64,000 nt of DNA from an uncultured Collinsella sp. (GCA_902478965.1 CABSMQ010000001.1:14857-78856); one strand, 5' to 3'; numbered from the stretch's first letter, positions 48,862 through 59,898 are shown. Translations and numbers: made by a program. Notes: generated by a model from the letters alone, not told the origin.

Positions 48862-51039
48862 TTAGAGGAGGAGCTTCATCGCGGCGTCGTGGGCGGCGTG
48901 CTCGTAAGCGTCGTCGAGGGGTTTGAGCGGCAGCAGAGCGGTGGCCTGTGCATCGCCACGGCGCTCGAGAGCGTGGGTGATGAGCCAGTCGGCGAGTTCG
49001 GGGTTCTTGGGCAGTGCCGGTCCGTGTAGGTACGTGCCGATGACGCCCTTGTAGATCAGACCCTCAAAGCCGTCGTCGCCGTTGTTACCGGTGCCCGTGA
49101 CGACGGACGTTCCGAGCGGCGTGGCCTCGGCGTCCAAAAGCGTGCGGCCACCGTGGTTCTCGAATCCCACAAAGGGCTCGGGTGCCAGGTCGGTCTTGAC
49201 GGCGACGTTGCCGATCAGGCGGTCGGAGCCGCGCACGGTTTCGGCGGCAATGACGCCCAGGCCCTCGAGGCGATTCTCACCCATATAGTACGAACGGCCG
49301 AGCAGCTGATAGCTGCCACAGATGGCAAGCAGTGTGCCGCCGTCCTCAACATAGGCCGCGACCTTGTCTTTTTGAGCGAGCAGCTCGTGCGCCACGGCCA
49401 GCTGGTCGCGATCGGAGCCGCCGCCCATCATGACGATGTCGGCGTCGGTGAGATCGAGCGACTCGCCCATGCGGACCTCGTCCACGCGCACGGGAATGCC
49501 GCGCCAGGCGCAGCGGCGCTCGAGGGCAATGACGTTGCCGCCGTCGCCATAGAGGTTGAGGGCATCGGGATACAGGTAGACGATGCGCAGGGGGCGCGAA
49601 AGCTCGACCGGCACAATGTCGGTGGGGACAGCGCTCCCATCGGCGCGCGTTACGGCGTGGGAGGCGACCGAGCTCGCATCGGTGCTCTTAAGCTCGTCGA
49701 GCTCCTTGACCAGCGGCGGGAAGGCCGTGTAGTTGGCGACGGCGTAGAAAATGTCGCCGGCGGCTTCATCCGCAACGGCACCGATCGCCTGGTCGATATT
49801 CGAGATAATCGTGGCATCGATGCCGGCGTACTTGAGGCGCACCTGCATGTCATGCGCGCGCGTGCCGCCGGCAAAGGCGACAAGCCCCGTTGTGTCGGCG
49901 ATGCGCTCAAAGTCGACGTCGTAGATCCACGATACATCGTGGCCGTCGGCATCGTTGTCGTTGAGGAAGAAAGCGCAGAGCCTGCCGCCTGCCGTCTTGA
50001 TGGACTGGATTTGCCGATCGAAGCCTACGGGATTTTTGGCCAGATTGGCCTCGACGGTACGGCCGGCGATTTCCCAGCGGCCCATGCGTCCACCGGCGGG
50101 GACGTAGGCATCGAGCGTGGGCTGTAGGTGAGCTGCGTCCACGCCCAGCTCGTGGGCGGCAAAGAAGGCTGCAGCTACGTTGTAGACCATATACAGGCCG
50201 TTGTAGCGCGTGGCGATGTGCGTTGCGGGTGCGTCGATATCGGGTCCAAAGTTCAGGTCAAAGCCGTAGCCGTCGCAGCCGAGCTCCACGTTCGTCACGC
50301 GACGGACAAGCCCGGGGCGGGCCCAGCCGCACGAAGGGCAATGGTATGCGCCAAGCTGTCCGTACTGCACGTAGTCGTACTCCAACGGTGCGTTGCACTG
50401 TGAGCAAAAACGCGAGTCGCTAATGCGGTCGGACTCGGTGTTGGTGGCGCCGTCGATGCCAAAGGCGATGCTTGCATTGGGAACGCGCGCGGCGATTGCG
50501 GCACACAGCGGGTCGTCTGCGTTGTAGATGAGCGTTGTTGCCGGAGAGAGCTCCAACGCATGGGCGATGACGTCTTGGGTATGGTCGATCTCGCCGTAGC
50601 GGTCTAGCTGGTCGCGGAACAGGTTGAGCAGCACAAAGTACGTCGGCTTGAGCTTGGGCAGAACGCGTACGGTGTAGAGCTCGTCGCACTCAAAAACGCC
50701 CACGCGCTTGCCGCTGCTGGTGTGCTTAAGGCCGCCGCGGGCCTCGAGCAGAGCACCCACCACACCAGGCTCCATATTGTTGCCGGCACGGTTGCATACC
50801 ACGGTGGCGCCGCTGGCGGCAACGGCGTCGGCGATGAGGTTGGAGGTGGTGGTCTTACCGTTGGTGCCGGTGATCACCACGCTGCGGTCGACAAGGCCCG
50901 CGAGGTCGCTCAGCAGCTCGGGGTCGATCTTCATGGCGATGCGGCCGGGAAGCACGCCACCCTGGCGCTTAAGGACGGAGCGCAGCCCCCAGCGGGCGAT
51001 ATCGCTCGAGGTGCAGGCGAGAGATGAGCGGAAGTTCAT
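48862..51039 (-). CDS. Fused MurT-GatD lipid II isoglutaminyl synthase
   Basis: GTNGKTT, LFRDQLDRYGE, Cys4 zinc site and KNPVG (MurT); YGDGGN, ICGSYQ, FENH and HGP (GatD). Confidence 0.9.
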   Translation of the reverse strand: MNFRSSLACTSSDIARWGLRSVLKRQGGVLPGRIAMKIDPELLSDLAGLVDRSVVITGTNGKTTTSNLIADAVAASGATVVCNRAGNNMEPGVVGALLEARGGLKHTSSGKRVGVFECDELYTVRVLPKLKPTYFVLLNLFRDQLDRYGEIDHTQDVIAHALELSPATTLIYNADDPLCAAIAARVPNASIAFGIDGATNTESDRISDSRFCSQCNAPLEYDYVQYGQLGAYHCPSCGWARPGLVRRVTNVELGCDGYGFDLNFGPDIDAPATHIATRYNGLYMVYNVAAAFFAAHELGVDAAHLQPTLDAYVPAGGRMGRWEIAGRTVEANLAKNPVGFDRQIQSIKTAGGRLCAFFLNDNDADGHDVSWIYDVDFERIADTTGLVAFAGGTRAHDMQVRLKYAGIDATIISNIDQAIGAVADEAAGDIFYAVANYTAFPPLVKELDELKSTDASSVASHAVTRADGSAVPTDIVPVELSRPLRIVYLYPDALNLYGDGGNVIALERRCAWRGIPVRVDEVRMGESLDLTDADIVMMGGGSDRDQLAVAHELLAQKDKVAAYVEDGGTLLAICGSYQLLGRSYYMGENRLEGLGVIAAETVRGSDRLIGNVAVKTDLAPEPFVGFENHGGRTLLDAEATPLGTSVVTGTGNNGDDGFEGLIYKGVIGTYLHGPALPKNPELADWLITHALERRGDAQATALLPLKPLDDAYEHAAHDAAMKLLL

Positions 51040-51084
51040 GAAGCCGTTCCTAACGTGAATGACATGGTCGTGGCGTTTGCGCCG

Positions 51085-52128
51085 TTAAAAGCCGTAGCGA
51101 CGCGCAAATTCCTGGGCAAGCTGCGATACATCTTCGCAGGCGTTGGCCCAGGGGGCAAAGTCGGGGGTGTCCGAGATAATGCCGTCGGCTTCCCAAACCG
51201 CCTGGTGCGAGAGGTCCCAGGGGTCGCGTGGCTCGGGTCGGCAGGGAAGATACGGCGTCTGGTACATGGGGTTCAGCAAGAAGAACGCGCCGCCCTCGCA
51301 GCGGTTGGCAAACTCGCGCAGCGCGCGTGTCGCCGGACGCATCTTGTTTGTTTTGAACAGCAAAATCGTGCGGGCGAGCAGGTACCAGGGGGAGTTCTCG
51401 AGTGCATCAGCTCCCACCTGCTCCTCGAGCTGGTGAGCCAGGGCAAAAAAGCCGTCCTGGTCTTCCAAGCGGGCGAGGGCGAGCAGGACGGTGCCGGCAG
51501 CTCGGGTGGGATAGCCTTCTGCCTTAAGGACGCGGCGAGAATAGTTGGCGGCAGCACGGTAACGAGCGCTCGCCATGCACAGCTGCGAGATGGCCTCGAG
51601 CGTGTGAAGCCAGCCAATAAGCGCCGGCTCGCTCACGGTAAGGTCTGCTGCGGTGACACCGTCGGCCAAAACATTATTAGCCCAGTAGTGCGGGGCCTCC
51701 ATATCAAACCCGGGCACGCTCTGTTGCAGGTAGTCGGCCGTACTCGTCTCGAGCTTCATCAAGTCGCCCAGGCAGGCATCGACGGGCGTGTCCGCCAGGA
51801 TGATGGCGAGCAACTGGGCGTCGAGGACATGCGCATCGACGCGGACGATCTTGAGCAGCTCATCGCGCATATCGTCGAACAGACGATTGCGCGTCTGCTC
51901 AAACTCCTCGTCGCTGCCCATGTCTTCGATGCGACGAAGCTCGTCAAGCAAGTGACGATGAACGCCGGCATAGGACAGCAGCGCTTGGGCATGCTCGGTC
52001 TGCGCATACTTGTGAGGGTTTGCGCTGATGTCGTTATGGACAAGCTCGCGTGCTGCATCGGTGAGTTCGGGGTGCGACGCCAGATAGGTGCGTTTCAGAT
52101 AGGCGGGGATGTAGACGCTCGGATCCAT
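51085..52128 (-). CDS. Hypothetical helical (TPR-like) protein
   Basis: Long ORF with host-like codons; TAATG coupling to the upstream gene. Confidence 0.8.
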   Translation of the reverse strand: MDPSVYIPAYLKRTYLASHPELTDAARELVHNDISANPHKYAQTEHAQALLSYAGVHRHLLDELRRIEDMGSDEEFEQTRNRLFDDMRDELLKIVRVDAHVLDAQLLAIILADTPVDACLGDLMKLETSTADYLQQSVPGFDMEAPHYWANNVLADGVTAADLTVSEPALIGWLHTLEAISQLCMASARYRAAANYSRRVLKAEGYPTRAAGTVLLALARLEDQDGFFALAHQLEEQVGADALENSPWYLLARTILLFKTNKMRPATRALREFANRCEGGAFFLLNPMYQTPYLPCRPEPRDPWDLSHQAVWEADGIISDTPDFAPWANACEDVSQLAQEFARRYGF

Positions 52129-53204
52129 TAGAGGTCTCCTCCCTTAAACGGCAATCCCTGTTCGGCCGCGCGCAGGATTCGTTCGTCGATCTGGGAGCGC
52201 ACGATGTCGTTGGTGGCGACCCAGGCGGCAAAGCTGGCGTTGTCGGGCGCGCCTAGGCCCTCCTGCAGCACCGGCGTCGCCTCGGACAGGGCAAGGACAA
52301 GCTCATCGGTGGAGCCCGGACCTACGTTGACGCGAGCATAGACGCCATCGGGAAACTCGGTTTGGAAGTAGAGTGCTTCGGCCGCGTGCGGGCATGAGCG
52401 CACCAGGATGCGCAGGTAGTGTTCGGCGCCCTCGTAATCCAGCTCGCGCCAGGCTGCGCTCATCAGCGCGATGAGCGTCCACGGGTCCAGGTCGCGCTCC
52501 GCGTCCTTGGGACGGCGGCGCAGCGGCGTGTTTGCAAGATAGGGCACGGAGTGGGCGGAGCGAAAACGCTTGAGCTCCTCGGCAGGGTATTCGAGCTTTG
52601 CCATGGCAAGCATCGCGGTATGGCGGACACCGGCGGGGTCGTTGGGCGCAAAGTCCAGGCTGCGATTCGCGGCATCCAGCGACATGCGGTAGCGGCCGCT
52701 AATGAGCGCGCGCGATGCCAAGGCGGCAAGCCAGCGCAGGTAGGGACGGCGGGTCAGGTCGCCTGCGGCCTCACGCTCGTAGGGGTCCTGCGCCGAGGCG
52801 ATCTTGAGCGCCAGATCGTGCTCCACCTCGTCGCACTTGGACACCAGATACTGTACGTATTCCTCGTTGGATTCGGCGGTGAGCGCCGTCAGCATGCGCT
52901 GGGCATCCCAGTTGGCCGGATCGAGCGCGGCTGCCTCGCGGAGCATGTTCTCGGCAGCGGCCTCTTCTTGCTCTGCCTGGGCGTCGTCGGGGATAAAGGG
53001 GATGCGGTAGTCGACAGCCTCGACCACCTTGGCAATGAGATGCCCGGCGCGGTCGCGGTCGTGCACGATGAGCGGCGCGGGGTTACGGGTGAATTGTTCC
53101 ATCAGACGCTCTACGGCGGCACCGTCGGTGAGCGGGATATTGTCGCGGCGCAAGGCCTCAAGAACGAGGCGATGGCAATCCTCTTGAATGGGATCGAATG
53201 CCAT
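52128..53204 (-). CDS. Hypothetical helical (TPR-like) protein
   Basis: AAGGAGG SD before ATG 53204; TPR-like segments. Confidence 0.8.
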   Translation of the reverse strand: MAFDPIQEDCHRLVLEALRRDNIPLTDGAAVERLMEQFTRNPAPLIVHDRDRAGHLIAKVVEAVDYRIPFIPDDAQAEQEEAAAENMLREAAALDPANWDAQRMLTALTAESNEEYVQYLVSKCDEVEHDLALKIASAQDPYEREAAGDLTRRPYLRWLAALASRALISGRYRMSLDAANRSLDFAPNDPAGVRHTAMLAMAKLEYPAEELKRFRSAHSVPYLANTPLRRRPKDAERDLDPWTLIALMSAAWRELDYEGAEHYLRILVRSCPHAAEALYFQTEFPDGVYARVNVGPGSTDELVLALSEATPVLQEGLGAPDNASFAAWVATNDIVRSQIDERILRAAEQGLPFKGGDL

Positions 53205-53704
53205 GGAGCCTCCTTTGCTGCGGTTAGGGTTCAAATGTTTCTATATATGGTTCTAGTTTACCCGCATGTGGCACACCGGGGGTGCCGCACTTGGACTTGC
53301 ACCTTTGCACCACGAAGACGGATGTCGCACAAATGTCGGCACCTTGGACGACCGAGTGGTATCACGGTGCCGCAAACGGTCGATTTTTGGCGGCGAACGG
53401 TGCATATTTTGGAGGGGCACCGTCCTGCCCGGGATATGTAGTTAACCTTGATAAAACGTTTGCCCAGCTTGGGAGTATGAATGCCGCACAAGGGTCTTCA
53501 GGGATAGAAAAAACGTTTCATCATTGGCGGCTTTAGGTGAATAACTGACCAACCAGAACGGTAAAATAGTGTTTGTCTGAGCGTTGAGACGTTTAGACAT
53601 CGCGCATTGTCATCGCCGGCAACGCGCAAAATGGTCCTAACGGAGCCAATCGGGTGCTCCGTTATATACGCAAGTCTAAGAGGGGCTTGTTTAGGAGGCA
53701 CAGT

Positions 53705-54928
53705 ATGGGACGTTTTACCAATCCTCGCGATCTGTACTTTGGTGAGGGCGCTCGCCACGAGGTGAAGAACCTCAAGGGCAAGAAGGCCATCATCGTTTCT
53801 GGCGGCAGCTCTATGCGCCGCGGCGGGTTCCTGCAGGACGTTGAGGCCGACCTCAAAGAGGGCGGCTTCGAGGTCAAGCTGTTCGAGGGCGTCGAGTCCG
53901 ATCCGTCCATCGAGACGGTCATGAAGGGCGCCGAGGCCATGCGCGAGTTCGAGCCCGACTGGATTATCGCCATCGGCGGCGGCTCGCCCATCGATGCCGC
54001 TAAGGCCATGTGGGTCTTCTACGAGTATCCCGAGGAGTCCTTCGATAACATCATCCAGCCGTTCAGCTTCCCCGAGCTGCGTCAGAAGGCTCACTTCTGC
54101 GCCATCTCCTCTACCTCCGGTACCGCTACCGAGGTCACTGCCTTCTCCGTCATCACCGACTATGCCAAGGGCATCAAGTACCCGCTGGCCGACTTCAACA
54201 TCACCCCGGATGTCGCCATCGTCGACCCCGAGCTCACCTACACCATGCCCGCCAAGCTGTGCGCTCACACCGGCATGGACGCTCTGACCCACTGCATGGA
54301 GGCCTACGTTTCCACCTGCGCCTCTATGTTCACCGACGCCAACGCTCTGCACGGCATCCGCGAGATCGTCGAGTGGCTGCCCAAGTCCTATGCTGGCGAC
54401 CATGAGGCCCGTCAGCACATGCACGAGGCTCAGTGCATCGCCGGTATCGCCTTCTCCTCGGGCCTGCTCGGCATCGTTCACTCCATGGCTCACAAGACCG
54501 GTGCTGCCTTCGAGAACGGCCACATCATCCACGGTGCCGCTAACGCTATGTACCTGGGCAAGGTCATCCAGTGGAACTCCAAGGATCCCCGTGCTGCTGA
54601 GCGTTACGCTTACGTGGCCAAGGAGATCCTGCACCTTCCCGGCGAGACCAACGAGGAGCTCATCGCCGCGCTCGTCCAGAAGATCCGCGACCTCAACGAC
54701 CAGCTCAACATTCCGCAGTCCATCAAGGATTACGCGAATGGTGGCGTGAAGGTCGACGCCGAGAACCCGCAGATGGTTTCCGAGGAGGAGTTCCTCGCCA
54801 AGCTGCCCGAGATCGCCGCGAACGCCGAGCAGGACGCCTGCACGCCCGAGAACCCGCGTGAGACCAAGGCTGCCGACTTCGAGAAGATCCTCAAGGCCTG
54901 CTACTACGACACCGACATCGATTTCTAA
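53705..54928 (+). CDS. Iron-containing alcohol dehydrogenase (butanol dehydrogenase-like)
   Basis: GGGSPID, STSGTATE, DALTH, HSMAH and HG motifs. Confidence 0.92.
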   Translation: MGRFTNPRDLYFGEGARHEVKNLKGKKAIIVSGGSSMRRGGFLQDVEADLKEGGFEVKLFEGVESDPSIETVMKGAEAMREFEPDWIIAIGGGSPIDAAKAMWVFYEYPEESFDNIIQPFSFPELRQKAHFCAISSTSGTATEVTAFSVITDYAKGIKYPLADFNITPDVAIVDPELTYTMPAKLCAHTGMDALTHCMEAYVSTCASMFTDANALHGIREIVEWLPKSYAGDHEARQHMHEAQCIAGIAFSSGLLGIVHSMAHKTGAAFENGHIIHGAANAMYLGKVIQWNSKDPRAAERYAYVAKEILHLPGETNEELIAALVQKIRDLNDQLNIPQSIKDYANGGVKVDAENPQMVSEEEFLAKLPEIAANAEQDACTPENPRETKAADFEKILKACYYDTDIDF

Positions 54929-54949
54929 TCGACTCTTGTTATCGTAACG

Positions 54950-54995
54950 AGGGGCTCCGCACGTATCCGTACGGAGCCCCTTTCTTTTTTCTTTT
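54950..54995 (+). terminator. Intrinsic terminator
   Basis: GGGGCTCCG..CGGAGCCCC followed by a T run. Confidence 0.8.
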
Positions 54996-55011
54996 AGAGA
55001 ATGGGATAGTT

Positions 55012-56112
55012 ATGGCTGCAATTTTCAATAGCCCCAGCAAGTACATCCAGGGTCCGGACGAGCTGGCCAAGCTCGGCTCCTATGTCGAGCCGCTCGGCGC
55101 TAAGGCCCTCGTCATCGTGACGCCTTCGGGCAAGAAGCGCGTCGGCACCAAGATCGAGGGCGGCTTTGCCGAGGCTAAGGCCGAGCTGCTGTTTGAGGAC
55201 TTTAACGGTGAGTGCTCTAAGGGCGAGGTCGATCGCCTGGTTGCGCTCGCTCGCGACAACGGTTGCGACATCATCGTCGGCGTCGGTGGCGGCAAGATCC
55301 TCGACACCGCGAAGGCCGTCGCCTATTACCTGGAGTCCCCGGTTATCATTTGCCCCACCATTGCTTCGACCGATGCCCCGTGTTCGGCGCTTTCGGTGCT
55401 CTATACCGATGACGGCCAGTTCGACAAGTACCTCTTCCTTAAGGCAAACCCCAATATCGTCCTTATGGATACGACGGTTATCGCGGCGAGCCCGGTGCGC
55501 CTGACGGTTTCCGGTATGGGCGATGCGCTCGCAACCTATTTCGAGGCTCAGGCGACGCACGATGCCGACGGCGGCACCTGCGCTGGCGGCAAGGGCGGCA
55601 TGGCCGGCCTGGCGCTCGCCAAGCTCTGCTACGAGACGCTTATGGCCGATGGCGTCAAGGCCAAGGTCGCGCTGGAGAAGGGTGCGCTGACGCCTGCCGT
55701 CGAGCACATCATCGAGGCCAACACACTGCTTTCGGGCATTGGCTTTGAGAGCTCGGGCCTTGCTGCTGCTCATGCCATCCACAATGGTCTGACGATGCTG
55801 CCCGAGTGCCACGGCATGTATCACGGCGAGAAGGTCGCCTTTGGCACTATCGTCCAGCTGGTACTCGAGGATGCCCCGACCGAGAAGCTCGAGGAAGTCT
55901 TGGGCTTCTGCATTGAGCTGGGCCTGCCGGTCACGATGAAGGAACTTGGCGTTGCCGAGCTTACGCGCGAGCAGGCCATGATTGTTGCCGAGGCCGCGTG
56001 CGCGCCCGAGGATACCATGTGCAACATGCCGTTTGAGGTGACGCCCGAGATGGTCGCAAACGCCATCCTGGGTGCCGACGCACTGGGCCACTACTATCTC
56101 ATGGATGAGTAA
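55012..56112 (+). CDS. gldA: Glycerol dehydrogenase
   Basis: GGGKILD, ASTDAPCSALSV, GFESSGLAAAHAIHNG and HGEKV motifs. Confidence 0.92.
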   Translation: MAAIFNSPSKYIQGPDELAKLGSYVEPLGAKALVIVTPSGKKRVGTKIEGGFAEAKAELLFEDFNGECSKGEVDRLVALARDNGCDIIVGVGGGKILDTAKAVAYYLESPVIICPTIASTDAPCSALSVLYTDDGQFDKYLFLKANPNIVLMDTTVIAASPVRLTVSGMGDALATYFEAQATHDADGGTCAGGKGGMAGLALAKLCYETLMADGVKAKVALEKGALTPAVEHIIEANTLLSGIGFESSGLAAAHAIHNGLTMLPECHGMYHGEKVAFGTIVQLVLEDAPTEKLEEVLGFCIELGLPVTMKELGVAELTREQAMIVAEAACAPEDTMCNMPFEVTPEMVANAILGADALGHYYLMDE

Positions 56113-56213
56113 ATCAAGCTAAGGAAGGGGCAAAGCCAACAGATGGCTTTGCCCCTTTTTGCTATGGTGCAAAGGGGTCAGGGTACTTTGCACCAATCGT
56201 TGTTTGATGAAGG

Positions 56214-57293
56214 GTGGATTCTCGTATGGCGCTTCCTATGGTTTATGGCGGCCCCGGTCGGTATGTTCAGGGACCGGGGGAGCTTTCGCGCCAGGGCAGG
56301 TATTTGTCATGGTTGGGCTGCGCTGCCTATGTCTTGTTTGACCAGGGCACCGAGGATCGGCTGTGCAGGCAGATCGTCGATGGATTTCTGGATGAAGATC
56401 TAAGCGAGCCGTTCTTTAAGATTTACAACGGTCCGTGTACGGAAGATGCCGTTGTCGAAATGGCCAAGGAAGCCCGGGCCGAGTATTGCGACATGGTGGT
56501 GGGCATTGGCGGCGGCAAGATGCTCGATATCGCCAAGGCCGTTGCGTTTTATGCCGAGTTGCCGTTGTGCGTATGTCCCACGGCGGCGTCGATGGACGGT
56601 CCGTGCAGCGCGATTTCGGTGCTGTATCACGAGGATGGGTCGTTCGACCGCTACCTGATGCTCGAGAAGAATCCAGACCTGGTCGTGGTCGATACCAACG
56701 TGGTCGCGGCGGCCCCGCTGCGTATGACGGTCGCTGGTATGGGCGATGCGCTGGCAACGTATTTCGAGGCGCGTTCGTGCGCTGCGGCGCACGGCGCCAA
56801 CGAGCACGGTGGCGCGCCGGGACACTTGGCCTTGGTTGCGGCTCGTGCCTGCTATGACACACTCATGGAGTGCGGCGTCGCTGCCAAGCGCGATCTCAAA
56901 AAGGGCCGTACATCGCCAGCGGTTGAGCGCCTGATCGAGTGCAATATTCTGCTCTCGGGTGTTGGCTTTGAGAGTGGTGGCCTAGCGCTTGCCCATGCCA
57001 TAGCCAACGGCCTGACGATTCTGCCCGAGTGCAAGGCCATGCATGGTGAGACCGTGGCATTTGGCCTGGTGGTGCAGCTGCGCCTGGAGCGTGCGCCCGA
57101 GCTTGATCAGGTGCTCGAGTTTTGCCAGCGCGTCGGTCTGCCGACGACGCTCGAGGAGCTGGGCCTTGACGAGATTTCCGATGCCGACCTGATGAGCATT
57201 GCAGATGCGGCCTTTAGAAACGAACGCAATATGGCTAACGAACAGGCCAAGGTGACCAGACAAAAGCTCGTGCAGCTCATGCGCGAGGCATAG
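56214..57293 (+). CDS. Glycerol dehydrogenase paralogue
   Basis: Same motifs, diverged (AHAIANG, HGETV). Confidence 0.85.
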   Translation: MDSRMALPMVYGGPGRYVQGPGELSRQGRYLSWLGCAAYVLFDQGTEDRLCRQIVDGFLDEDLSEPFFKIYNGPCTEDAVVEMAKEARAEYCDMVVGIGGGKMLDIAKAVAFYAELPLCVCPTAASMDGPCSAISVLYHEDGSFDRYLMLEKNPDLVVVDTNVVAAAPLRMTVAGMGDALATYFEARSCAAAHGANEHGGAPGHLALVAARACYDTLMECGVAAKRDLKKGRTSPAVERLIECNILLSGVGFESGGLALAHAIANGLTILPECKAMHGETVAFGLVVQLRLERAPELDQVLEFCQRVGLPTTLEELGLDEISDADLMSIADAAFRNERNMANEQAKVTRQKLVQLMREA

Positions 57294-57443
57294 CTAGGCG
57301 CTTGATCGACCTTGTGCAATCGAGGCGGCGATAGGCATAGGCTATTTGCCTCAAAGGTGCGCCGCGTGTAATTTGCCCGAGGCGTGGGCCGATAGCGTAT
57401 CATTATCTCTTGCTTGTTTGCACTGCTCAGGGAGGGGCCGCGC

Positions 57444-58697
57444 ATGGCGCAGGAACACGATCTGTTTGATGACATTATCGAGATCAGCAAGGGTTTCGAC
57501 TTTCTTAAAAACCCGCTTGGCGGCGTGACCGATGCACTCGATCCGTCGGCGCCGCAGTGGAATCCTGCCGACTACAAGGAGCGCCCGCGCGGCAACACCA
57601 TTCCGTGCTTGACCTGCAAAAACGAAAAGAGCGGTTGCACCGCGTGCATGGACGTGTGCCCGGTCAACGCTATCGAGGTCGAGGAAGACGCCATCGAGAT
57701 CCTCGACTCCTGTCGCAAGTGCGGCCTGTGCGCCGCTGCCTGTCCGACCGAGGCGATCATCTCGCCGCGCCTGGCGCCTAAAAACCTGTATGACGATATC
57801 GTCTCCGCTGCTACGAGCCACGAGACCGCCTACGTCACCTGCACACGCGCCCTCAAGCGCATGCCGCGCGAAAACGAGGTCGTCGTTGCCTGCGTGGGCG
57901 ATATTACGACCGAGACCTGGTTCTCGGTACTGGCGGACTATCCCAACGTGAGCGTCTACCTGCCACTGGGCGTGTGCGATAAGTGCCGCAACACCGGTGG
58001 CGAGGACATTCTGGGCGAGGCCATTGCTACCGCCGAGGAGTGGGCGGGTACGGGCATGGGCCTGGAGGTCGACCCCAAGAGCCTCAAATGCCATAAGCGC
58101 CGCGAGTACGAGCGCAAGGAGTACATGGATAAGATTGCCCGCACCACGGGCCTGACGGTGACCAAGCTCAATCCGGCGACGGCGGCGCTGGCCTCGGTGA
58201 CGCAGAAGTTGAAGGCTCACCGTCACCAGATCACGCAGCTCGAGCGCACGCTCAACACCATGTGCGGCACCACGACGACCAAGCGTCGCCGTTCGCTCAC
58301 GCACGGGCGGCAGCTGGTGCTCTCGACGCTGCAGAACCACCCCGAGCTTGCCCAGAATATGCAGGTGAGCACACCGGAATGCGATTTTGACAAGTGCACG
58401 TCGTGCGGCGAGTGCGTCAACGTGTGCCCCACGTTTGCCTGCGATTTGGTGGGAAGCGGTCGCTTTGCATTGGAGTCCACGTATTGCCTAGGTTGCGGAG
58501 CCTGCGTCAAGGTGTGCCCCGAGCATGCGCTCAAGCTGGTCGAGCACGATGCGTCCAATCTGGTCGTTGTCGACCCCGAGGCCGAGGAAAAGGCCGCTCA
58601 GAAGGCCAAGGCCCACGAAGAGGCCCAGAAGGCCAAGGCCGAGGCAAAGGCCAAGCTTGACAAGATGCTCGATCAGGTGGAGAAGCTCGCGGACTAG
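57444..58697 (+). CDS. Multi-[4Fe-4S] ferredoxin-domain protein
   Basis: Four CxxCxxxCP-type motifs in N- and C-terminal pairs. Confidence 0.85.
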   Translation: MAQEHDLFDDIIEISKGFDFLKNPLGGVTDALDPSAPQWNPADYKERPRGNTIPCLTCKNEKSGCTACMDVCPVNAIEVEEDAIEILDSCRKCGLCAAACPTEAIISPRLAPKNLYDDIVSAATSHETAYVTCTRALKRMPRENEVVVACVGDITTETWFSVLADYPNVSVYLPLGVCDKCRNTGGEDILGEAIATAEEWAGTGMGLEVDPKSLKCHKRREYERKEYMDKIARTTGLTVTKLNPATAALASVTQKLKAHRHQITQLERTLNTMCGTTTTKRRRSLTHGRQLVLSTLQNHPELAQNMQVSTPECDFDKCTSCGECVNVCPTFACDLVGSGRFALESTYCLGCGACVKVCPEHALKLVEHDASNLVVVDPEAEEKAAQKAKAHEEAQKAKAEAKAKLDKMLDQVEKLAD

Positions 58698-58810
58698 TCA
58701 GCGAGCTCTATCTCTGCTTCATTTGCGCCGCCGTGGTGTCCGGATTCGCCCGGATGCTGCGGCGGCGCTATACTTATACTGTTTGAAGTACTGTACCAAA
58801 AGGAGCTGTC

Positions 58811-59887
58811 GTGTCCCTTTCCATCGGTATCGTGGGCCTGCCCAACGTGGGCAAGTCGACGCTGTTCACCGCGCTTACCAAAAAGACCGGCCTTGCCGCC
58901 AACTACCCGTTTGCCACGATCGACCCCAACGTGGGTATCGTCGATGTGCCCGATAGCCGCCTGCAAAAGCTCGCCGACATCGTTAACCCCGGCCGCATTG
59001 TGCCGGCGACGGTCGAGTTCGTCGACATCGCTGGCCTGGTGAAGGGTGCCAACGAGGGCGAGGGCCTGGGCAACCAGTTCTTGGCAAACATCCGCGAGAC
59101 CGACGCCATCTGCGAGGTCGTGCGCTACTTTAAGGACCCCAACGTCATGCGTGAGGTGGGCCGCACGGGCGAGTTTGTCGATCCCGCCGGCGATGCCGAC
59201 ACCATCATGACCGAGCTCATCCTGGCCGACATGGGCACGATCGAGAAGCAGCTGCCCAAGCTCGAGAAGGAGGCCAAGCGCGACAAAGAGCTCATGCCCA
59301 AGTTCGAGGTGGCCAAGCGCCTGCTCGCTTGGCTCAACGAGGGCAAGCGAGCCGCGTCCATGGAGATGACCGACGAGGAGCGTGCCGCCGCCAAGGGCCT
59401 GTTCCTGCTCACTATGAAGCCCATTCTGTACGTGGCCAACGTGGACGAGGATATGCTCAACGAGGACCTGGCGCCCATCGATGGCGTCAAGCCGTTGCCC
59501 ATCTGCGCCAAGATTGAGGCCGAGCTTTCCGAGCTCGATCCCGAGGACGCCGCCGACTACCTGGAGAGCTTGGGCCTGGAGCAGCCCGGTCTGGACGTGC
59601 TCGCGCAGGCGGCCTATAAGCTGCTCGGTCTGCAGTCGTTCTTTACGGCCGGCGAGATGGAGGTCAAGGCCTGGACGGTTCGTCAGGGCGCGACCGCCCC
59701 GCAGGCCGCCGGCGTCATCCACACCGATTTTGAGCGCGGCTTTATTAAGGCCGAGGTCATTGGCTATGACGACTACATCGAGCTCGGCGGTGAGCAGGGC
59801 GCCAAGGCCGCCGGCAAACTGCGTATTGAGGGCAAGGACTATGTCATGGCCGATGGCGACGTCGTGCACTTCCGCTTTAACGTGTAA
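58811..59887 (+). CDS. ychF: Ribosome-binding ATPase YchF
   Basis: [15 protein letters not shown] and [10 protein letters not shown] motifs. Confidence 0.97.
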   Translation: MSLSIGIVGLPNVGKSTLFTALTKKTGLAANYPFATIDPNVGIVDVPDSRLQKLADIVNPGRIVPATVEFVDIAGLVKGANEGEGLGNQFLANIRETDAICEVVRYFKDPNVMREVGRTGEFVDPAGDADTIMTELILADMGTIEKQLPKLEKEAKRDKELMPKFEVAKRLLAWLNEGKRAASMEMTDEERAAAKGLFLLTMKPILYVANVDEDMLNEDLAPIDGVKPLPICAKIEAELSELDPEDAADYLESLGLEQPGLDVLAQAAYKLLGLQSFFTAGEMEVKAWTVRQGATAPQAAGVIHTDFERGFIKAEVIGYDDYIELGGEQGAKAAGKLRIEGKDYVMADGDVVHFRFNV

Positions 59888-59898
59888 GGGCGACGCAT

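Noticed and set aside
53265..53430. GCACC/GGTGC-rich repeat cluster
   Set aside because: Matches are too short and irregular to define a unit by eye.
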